A stretch of DNA of 64,000 bases from NCBI GenBank assembly GCA_963549415.1, contig CAUUYC010000004.1, positions 682-64,681 of the forward strand, read 5' to 3'. The position numbers and the translations under genes are program-made. The stretch is from an uncultured Candidatus Saccharimonas sp. GTDB lineage: Bacteria; Patescibacteriota; Saccharimonadia; Saccharimonadales; Saccharimonadaceae. This document shows, in pieces, positions 57,858-64,000 of this stretch (position 1 is the stretch's first letter; each line of letters starts with the position of its first letter). The notes under the pieces were generated by a model. The model ran no database searches, was not told the origin of the DNA, and worked only from the letters and a program-made list of their open reading frames with translations.

Positions 57858-60353
57858 CTAAATTATCTTTCCGCCATTTTTTATGGCTTTTTCTTCAATT
57901 TTTTGCATAATTTCCCGAATCTCTTCACCGTTCAAAGTTTTTTCGAAAGGTGTAATCTTAAATCGAATTGAAATATTTTTTGAGCCATCACAATTATTAA
58001 AAATATCAATTGGTGAAGTTTCAATATCAATTTTGCTAAATTCATCAGAAATATTCTCAAAAATACTAAAAATTTCAGCAAATTTGCGATTTTCTTCAAC
58101 ATTAATCGAAATATCGCGCTCAACAGATTGGAATTTCGAAAAATCCCTAATTTTCACATTCGAATTTTCAATATTTTCAAGTAAAATTTGTAAATCAAGC
58201 TCAAATCCAGCAGTTGACTCTGGTAGTTTTAGTGCTTTTTGAACTGGTTTTCTAAACTCACCAATCACGCCTAAAATTATCTTTTTGCCATTTTTAGAAA
58301 TTTGCATTAAGGCCGAACGTTTTGGTTCAAATTCAGTTGAAAGTGGTGATTTTTCAGTTTCAAATTTCACGAATTCAATATTTAAACCAAGCCTTTTAAA
58401 TAGAAATTCTGCATAATTCTTTGCTTCATAAAATGCATTTTCACCCTTATTTTTTGCATAAACGAACGCCAATTTCTTCTGTTCAACTGGCACATTCTCA
58501 TCATTCAAACCTAGTGATTTTTCAGTGATTTTATTTATTTCGAAAATTGCAAATTCACCAAAACCTGCACGAATATTTTGACTAATTTTAGAAAGCAAAC
58601 TTGGCATTAAAGTTTGGCGATAATATTGTAAATCTGGCGAGATTGAATTGATAATCTTATAAGAGTTTTGTGGATCTTGGCCAACCTTTTCAAGCAAATC
58701 ACCGTGAATAAAACTATAAGTCAAAACTTCATTTGCACCGCTTGCTGCTAAAATATCACGAATTTCAGATTGGAGCAAGTCGATTTTTGCTTTTTTTACC
58801 GCTTTAAAAGTTCGACTTGGTAGTTGCAATTTAATATTATCATAACCGTTCAATCGCCCAACTTCTTCAATTAAATCCTCTTCAATATGTAGATCATTTC
58901 GCCAAAATGGAATCATAAAAGTTTCAGGATTTTCATTTTTTGCTAAAATTCTAACATTTTCTAGAGTTTGTTGAATTTCTTCATTCGAAAAATCTGTTCC
59001 CAAAACTTGGTTAATTTTATCTTTCGAAACTGAAATTTCAGTTTTATTGTAATAAAAATCACCGTTTGAATCTACAACCTCACTCAAAGATTTTCCGCCA
59101 AGCTCCAAAATTCTCCCAGCAAACAAATCAAGAACTTTTCGCGATATCATTTCTGGTACGCCTTTTGTAAAACGCATAATTGCCTCCGAGAAAATTCCAT
59201 GGCGCATTTGCGTATTTCGCAAATTATAAAGATTAAATGTAGCACTTTCAACCAAAATTCGTGTTGTATTTTCATCAATCGCGGTCGAAGCCCCACCCAT
59301 TGCGCCAGCAAGCGCCACTGCCGTTTCAGCGTTTTCGCCAACAGCAATCACGATATCTTGGTTGTTCATTTTGATTTTTTTGCCGTCTAAAAGCTCTAAT
59401 TCTTCATTTTCGAAAGCTTTTCGAACGGTAATTTTGATGTTTTCGCTACCGTTAATTTTTGCTAATTTATCAAAATCAAATGTGTGGAGTGGTTGACCAG
59501 TTTCAAGCATAAGTTCATTTGCTAAATCAGTAATCGAATCAATTGGCCGCATTCCAGAACGCAAAAGATAAGTTTTTGCAATTGTTAACTTTGGATTTTT
59601 TAAAATTTCAGAGATATCAAAAACTGCCGCTGTGTAACGTTCACAAATTTCAGGATCTGAAATTTCAACTTCAACCGTTTTATTGCTTTGAGCTTTAAAA
59701 TTCAAGCCTCTTATAAAATCTGGCTCAACAAATTTTTGCCCTAAAATTCCTGCAACTTCACGAGCAAAACCAACAATTCCAAAACAATCTGGGCGATGAG
59801 TCAAGCTTTTATTTTCAACTTCAAGCAAAAAATCATTTAATTCAAATTTCTCCGCAAAAGAATCACCAGCTTGAACGCCGTTTTCAAAAACCTCTGGTGA
59901 AATTTCAAGAATGCCATCGTGTTCGTCACCCAAGTCAAGTTCACGAAGACTCGCAATCATTCCGTTGCTCATATAACCCATCAGTTTTCGTGCGCCAAGC
60001 TTAAAGTTATCACCGCCAAAAGTTTCTGGCACGATTGACTCCGGCGGAAGCCAAGCCACAAAAATTCCAGCTCGCACATTTGGTGCACCACAAACCACCT
60101 GAATAAACCCGTCTTCATCGCGAGCAATATTTTTTCTTATACCACCGTCATCAATCTTGCATAGGTTTAAATGATCAGAATTTTCAACTTTCTGCGCAGA
60201 AACGACCTTGGCAATAATCACATCCTTATACTTTTCACCCAAATTCTCAACACTTTCAATTTCAACCAGCCTTGCACCAATCAATTTCGAAAGCTCACCA
60301 ATATCTGGCAAATCTGGAACAAATTTTTTAAGCCAATTTACTGAAATTATCAT
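57858..60353 (-). CDS. pheT: Phenylalanyl-tRNA synthetase beta subunit
   Basis: 831 aa with the domain order tRNA-binding (OB), B3/B4, B5, then FDX-ACB at the C-terminus. Confidence 0.95.
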   Translation of the reverse strand: MIISVNWLKKFVPDLPDIGELSKLIGARLVEIESVENLGEKYKDVIIAKVVSAQKVENSDHLNLCKIDDGGIRKNIARDEDGFIQVVCGAPNVRAGIFVAWLPPESIVPETFGGDNFKLGARKLMGYMSNGMIASLRELDLGDEHDGILEISPEVFENGVQAGDSFAEKFELNDFLLEVENKSLTHRPDCFGIVGFAREVAGILGQKFVEPDFIRGLNFKAQSNKTVEVEISDPEICERYTAAVFDISEILKNPKLTIAKTYLLRSGMRPIDSITDLANELMLETGQPLHTFDFDKLAKINGSENIKITVRKAFENEELELLDGKKIKMNNQDIVIAVGENAETAVALAGAMGGASTAIDENTTRILVESATFNLYNLRNTQMRHGIFSEAIMRFTKGVPEMISRKVLDLFAGRILELGGKSLSEVVDSNGDFYYNKTEISVSKDKINQVLGTDFSNEEIQQTLENVRILAKNENPETFMIPFWRNDLHIEEDLIEEVGRLNGYDNIKLQLPSRTFKAVKKAKIDLLQSEIRDILAASGANEVLTYSFIHGDLLEKVGQDPQNSYKIINSISPDLQYYRQTLMPSLLSKISQNIRAGFGEFAIFEINKITEKSLGLNDENVPVEQKKLAFVYAKNKGENAFYEAKNYAEFLFKRLGLNIEFVKFETEKSPLSTEFEPKRSALMQISKNGKKIILGVIGEFRKPVQKALKLPESTAGFELDLQILLENIENSNVKIRDFSKFQSVERDISINVEENRKFAEIFSIFENISDEFSKIDIETSPIDIFNNCDGSKNISIRFKITPFEKTLNGEEIREIMQKIEEKAIKNGGKII

Positions 60354-60589
60354 TTATCACTCCTTCTTAATCCAAAAATATTTCTAATCATATCAGCAAT
60401 AGGTTTTTCGAAAATTTTACAATAAAAGCGTTGCCTTCCCCTACTAAAATTCTCACAACGAGTATCTTCTTCTGTAAAGGCTGAAACTCCGGCGAAAAAT
60501 ATAATGGCTGCTGCAAAAAATATCAAAGCAACCTTTAAACCAGCTAAAGATCGCTTTTTGTCTATTTCTCTCCATTCTTGCTCGGTCAT
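60350..60589 (-). CDS. 79-aa single-TM protein inserted between pheS and pheT
   Basis: Its ATG directly abuts the pheS TAA, and its TGA overlaps the pheT ATG (ATGA). The TM is LKVALIFFAAAIIFFAGVSAF. Confidence 0.6.
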   Translation of the reverse strand: MTEQEWREIDKKRSLAGLKVALIFFAAAIIFFAGVSAFTEEDTRCENFSRGRQRFYCKIFEKPIADMIRNIFGLRRSDK

Positions 60590-61609
60590 TTAAAATTCCT
60601 TTAGAAATTCCAATTTTGCGCTTTCGAAATAACGAATATCCGAAATTCCGTATTTGAGCATCACGAGACGCTCAATTCCTCCGCCCCAAGCAAAACCACG
60701 ATATTTTTTACTATCAATTCCGGCAGCTTCCAAAACATTTGGGTGAATCATTCCACAACCAAGCATTTCAAGCCATTCACCTTTTTTGCCACCAAGCGCC
60801 TCAGGTTTCTCAATCAAAAATTCAAGACTAGGTTCGGTAAATGGAAAATAGCCCGGCTGAGTGCGAATTTCTAGTTTTTGACCATAATATTCTTCGAAAA
60901 AGGCGTGAAGTGTGCCAAGCATTTGCGCTAAGTTTGCAGTTTTGCTCACAAAAACACCCTCGCATTGGTAAAAAGTATGTTCGTGTGTAGCATCTAAGTC
61001 TTCATTGCGAAAAACTCGCCCATAAGAAACATGCACAATTTGACCCTCCTCTTCAAGCTGTTTTTTACCATGTTTCAAAACACGGTTTTGCATTGTTGAG
61101 GTATGAGCTGGCGGAATAAAGTTTTCTTCAGTTCGAAAAGTATCGTAGCCATCTCGTGCTGGGTGGTTTTCAGGAAAATTTAACGCGCCAAACATATTCC
61201 AATCGTTATCGATCTGTCGAGATTCTACTGCTTCAAAGCCCATTCGTGTATAAATGTCCACCACTTTTTCAAGCTCTTTTTGGAGCGGATGCTTTGAACC
61301 ATTTTTTGCACTTAAAAGTTGTGGTTTTCGAGAAATTTTATCGCGAGAGCTTTCTGCAAAAGGTGCCGAAATATCAATCTCTTCAACTTCGGCATTTTCT
61401 TTTTCTTCAAGTTTTTTCGAAACTTCAGCCTGAATTTCATTTTTTAAATCATTCACTTTCGCGCCAAATTCACCTTTTTGCTCATTCGGCAGAGTTGGAA
61501 TAATTTTATAAAGTTCTTTAATTTTTGGCGATTTCAAAATATCGCTCGGGTTTTCGAGTGCTTGGAGTTCCGCCAAAAGTTCATTTCTAATCTGTTGAAT
61601 TTGTTCCAT
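60590..61609 (-). CDS. pheS: Phenylalanyl-tRNA synthetase alpha subunit
   Basis: 339 aa with class II motifs (FRNEDLDATHEHTFYQCEG, GFAWGGGIERL). Confidence 0.95.
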   Translation of the reverse strand: MEQIQQIRNELLAELQALENPSDILKSPKIKELYKIIPTLPNEQKGEFGAKVNDLKNEIQAEVSKKLEEKENAEVEEIDISAPFAESSRDKISRKPQLLSAKNGSKHPLQKELEKVVDIYTRMGFEAVESRQIDNDWNMFGALNFPENHPARDGYDTFRTEENFIPPAHTSTMQNRVLKHGKKQLEEEGQIVHVSYGRVFRNEDLDATHEHTFYQCEGVFVSKTANLAQMLGTLHAFFEEYYGQKLEIRTQPGYFPFTEPSLEFLIEKPEALGGKKGEWLEMLGCGMIHPNVLEAAGIDSKKYRGFAWGGGIERLVMLKYGISDIRYFESAKLEFLKEF

Positions 61610-61620
61610 AATTATCTTTA

Positions 61621-61649
61621 ATTATACCATAACAGTATCTTTTTGTCGA
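61621..61649 (-). promoter_or_regulatory. Promoter TCGACA-17-TGgTATAAT, -10 box 11 nt upstream of the pheS ATG
   Basis: Minus strand: -10 at 61621-61626 and -35 at 61644-61649. No SD. Confidence 0.55.
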
Positions 61650-61660
61650 TTTTTAAAAAA

Positions 61661-61927
61661 TTAAACTCGCTGTGATGCCACCCAAATATAAAGCCCAAGC
61701 GCAACCAAAACTGCCACAAAAACTAAAAGCCATATAAAAGCTAGCCCTGTGGTTTCTTTTGTCCCTTCAAGATACGCACTATCTTCAGGCTGAACGATTT
61801 CACCTTTGCTATTTGGAGTTTCGCCCCCCTCTTTGAGTGAGTTCTTAATCTGTTTTTCACGAAGTTCTGCTGCAATCTTTTCTTGCAATTCAGTTCGATT
61901 ATCATCTTGTTTTACATATAAAGCCAT
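61661..61927 (-). CDS. Small charged protein with a C-terminal TM anchor
   Basis: 88 aa with the C-terminal helix LAFIWLLVFVAVLVALGLYIWV. Confidence 0.55.
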   Translation of the reverse strand: MALYVKQDDNRTELQEKIAAELREKQIKNSLKEGGETPNSKGEIVQPEDSAYLEGTKETTGLAFIWLLVFVAVLVALGLYIWVASQRV

Positions 61928-61946
61928 AACTATATTGTATCAGATT

Positions 61947-61976
61947 TTGACATTTTCGAAAAGTTTATGATAAAAT
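61947..61976 (+). promoter_or_regulatory. Promoter TTGACA-18-TGaTAAAAT for the MIP channel gene, with TTTTCGAAAA in the spacer
   Basis: -35 at 61947-61952 and -10 at 61971-61976. An AAGGAGGGAAG SD precedes ATG 62006. Confidence 0.6.
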
Positions 61977-62005
61977 ATAAACATAAGTTAAAATAAGGAG
62001 GGAAG

Positions 62006-62842
62006 ATGGCAACAAAAAAAGCCAATTTAAAGAAATCTTCAAAAACTGCTCACAAAAAAGTAACTGAAGAAGTTTTGAAAGTTGAAAAAACGGTTAAAAC
62101 TATCGTTAAGAATGATAAGAAAACTGACACTATCTTTCTTGAAGAAATTTCAAAACCAAGTTTTATTTCAGCAGTAGCGCTTGAATTTATTGGAACATTC
62201 CTACTCGCGGCTGGTATTATTATTAGTCAAGGTCAACCAATCGGTGTAATGTTTATTCTTATGTCAATTGTTTTGATTGCTGGAGGAATTAGTGGAGCTC
62301 ACGTTAACCCATTAATTACAATCGGCGCTTGGGCAACTCGCAAGATTAACACAATTAAAGCTATTTTTTATATCATTGCTCAAGTTTTAGGTGCGATGGT
62401 TGCTTTTATGCTTTTGAATGCCTTTGTCGGCGCACAAGATACTCTACAATCATATGGTCAAAAGCCAACTCTATTCACTGCAAACCCGATCCCAAAGGAC
62501 AAGGAAATGCTAGCGCTTGCCGCTGAATTTATTGGTTCATTCATTTTTGCATTTTCTGTCGCAACTATAACTTCCAATAAAAAGAACGGAAATATGGCAA
62601 AAGCACTTGGCGTTGGCGGTGGTTTATACTTGGCGGTTTTAATTGCAGGATCTCTCACAACGTTAATCGGATCTTCAGCAATAATTAACCCAGCAGTAGC
62701 ATTCGCACTTCAAGCGTTTACTATAAAAGGACAGAACGTTCCTTATGCGATTGCAATTTATATCGGCACAGCATTAATTGGAGGAATCCTTGGCTTTGCA
62801 CTAAATCACTTAATCCAAAAGTCAACTGAAGAAGAAAAATAA
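62006..62842 (+). CDS. MIP-family channel (aquaporin/glycerol facilitator-like) with a basic N-terminal extension
   Basis: 278 aa with six TM helices. The first signature reads SGAHVNPL (NPL rather than NPA), and the second reads NPAVAF. Confidence 0.88.
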   Translation: MATKKANLKKSSKTAHKKVTEEVLKVEKTVKTIVKNDKKTDTIFLEEISKPSFISAVALEFIGTFLLAAGIIISQGQPIGVMFILMSIVLIAGGISGAHVNPLITIGAWATRKINTIKAIFYIIAQVLGAMVAFMLLNAFVGAQDTLQSYGQKPTLFTANPIPKDKEMLALAAEFIGSFIFAFSVATITSNKKNGNMAKALGVGGGLYLAVLIAGSLTTLIGSSAIINPAVAFALQAFTIKGQNVPYAIAIYIGTALIGGILGFALNHLIQKSTEEEK

Positions 62843-62854
62843 TTGCTAACAATA

Positions 62855-62884
62855 AAAAGAGCAGCTTTCGAAAGTTGCTCTTTT
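62855..62884. terminator. Bidirectional terminator centred on TTTCGAAA
   Basis: AAAAGAGCAGCTTTCGAAAGTTGCTCTTTT forms a stem of about 14 bp including one G-U, between the convergent MIP and rmuC genes. Confidence 0.75.
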
Positions 62885-62893
62885 AAATTTATT

Positions 62894-63994
62894 TTATTCA
62901 CGAGGTTTATCAAGTATTTGTGGCTCAACTCCAGTTTTATTATCTTCGCCCGAAATTTTTACCACATCTTTATCAATTTTACCAAGCTCTTTATGAGCAT
63001 TATTAAAATGATTAACAGTTGTGCCAAGTGATTTTCCAAGACGTTGCATTAGATCTTCATATTTCGAAATATGCACGCCCAGCTGGCCAACTCGCTTTTG
63101 AATTTCCCTACTCTGCTCTTCAATTTTTAACGATTTCAAACCTTGTAAAACAGTTTGAAGATACGCCATAAAACTAGTTGGACTAACCACGATCACACGC
63201 TTATCACGAAACGCATATTCGATCAAATCTCGCTCTGAACCCTGAGAACCAACAACTCCAGTTAAAGCATCATAATACAAACTCTCGCTAGGAATAAACA
63301 TAAAAGCAAAATCCATAGTGTTTTCATTCGGGCGAATATATTTCGAAGTTTCATCAATCCGCATTTTTAAATCATCGCGAACTCTTTTCGCTAGAATCTT
63401 TCGCTCTTCACCTTCAGATTCAACCATCCGATTATAATTTTCGAGGCTAAATTTTGAATCTACTGGCAAAATCTTATTTTTATCAAGAAAAATAGCTGCA
63501 TCGACAATTTCACCATTTTTAAATTTATATTGAATTTCAAAGGCATTCGGTGGCAAAACGTTTTCAAGAACTTGCTCAAGATAAAACTCTCCTAGAACAC
63601 CACGCTGTTTTGGATTTTGCAAGGCATTTTGAAGTGTTTTTAGCTCGTCCGCGACATTCACAACGCGGTTATTTGTTTCATCGAGCTTTGTAAGCCTTTT
63701 CGAAACCTCTTCAACAATTTTCGAACTCTCAGAAATCTGTTTGGCCATTGAATTTTGAATTTGAAAATTATTTCTCTCAAGCTTTTCTGAAACTTTCTCA
63801 TTAAAATTGGTTAGGTTAGCATCAATATTTTCGCGCATTCTGTTTAAGCTTTTATTCAGCTCAATTACATCCATTTTTAGCAAATTTACACTTTGGTCTT
63901 CATTTTTCGAAGCTACAATTTTTGAAATTCGAAAAGATTGAAAAATTAAAACCGATGCTAAAATTACAATAATGATTATTAGTCCAATTTCCAT
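62894..63994 (-). CDS. rmuC: DNA recombination protein RmuC
   Basis: 366 aa with an N-terminal TM, a coiled-coil and an RmuC nuclease-like C-terminal region (FAFMFIPSESLY). Confidence 0.88.
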   Translation of the reverse strand: MEIGLIIIIVILASVLIFQSFRISKIVASKNEDQSVNLLKMDVIELNKSLNRMRENIDANLTNFNEKVSEKLERNNFQIQNSMAKQISESSKIVEEVSKRLTKLDETNNRVVNVADELKTLQNALQNPKQRGVLGEFYLEQVLENVLPPNAFEIQYKFKNGEIVDAAIFLDKNKILPVDSKFSLENYNRMVESEGEERKILAKRVRDDLKMRIDETSKYIRPNENTMDFAFMFIPSESLYYDALTGVVGSQGSERDLIEYAFRDKRVIVVSPTSFMAYLQTVLQGLKSLKIEEQSREIQKRVGQLGVHISKYEDLMQRLGKSLGTTVNHFNNAHKELGKIDKDVVKISGEDNKTGVEPQILDKPRE

Positions 63995-64000
63995 TTACTC

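Overview
This is an AT-rich, very gene-dense chromosomal segment with about 60 CDS, 9 tRNA genes and short intergenic gaps. Roughly three quarters of the genes are on the minus strand, and long ORFs read cleanly in the standard genetic code.

Gene content is almost entirely housekeeping:
- aminoacyl-tRNA synthetases: leuS, hisS, a short alaS, pheS/pheT
- replication and repair: ligA, polA, rarA, sbcB, ruvX, rmuC
- GTPases: obg, typA
- glycolysis: pgk, tpiA
- C1 metabolism: glyA, folD
- cell wall: an HTH-murA fusion, murB, mltG, a LysM-CHAP hydrolase
- proteostasis: lemA-htpX, a membrane-tethered Clp-like AAA+ protein, FKBP, trxB
- others: rny, a MIP channel, and many small ORFan membrane or surface proteins

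The streamlined proteins, an LPXTG-type sorting signal, a PilX-like protein and the compact layout suggest a reduced-genome bacterium with a Gram-positive-type envelope. CPR/Saccharibacteria-like is my unverified guess. I saw no rRNA, CRISPR array, transposase, integrase or phage genes.

The signals most worth a second look are:
1. A roughly ten-fold excess of the palindrome TTCGAA (usually TTTCGAAA), in coding DNA of both strands and in intergenic DNA.
2. A recurring promoter layout with an extended -10 box only 6-11 nt from the start codon and no SD, implying leaderless mRNAs.
3. A tightly coupled three-gene surface module (anchored protein, 824-aa secreted protein, PilX-like protein).
4. 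A second surface locus encoding a Pro-rich repeat protein and an LPXTG/DUF11 protein.
5. An XRE-HTH::MurA fusion.
6. A membrane-anchored double AAA+ Clp-like ATPase with a degenerate first ATPase module.
7. A gene split by an A6 tract just after its start codon.
8. An orphan consensus promoter-terminator unit with no annotated ORF.
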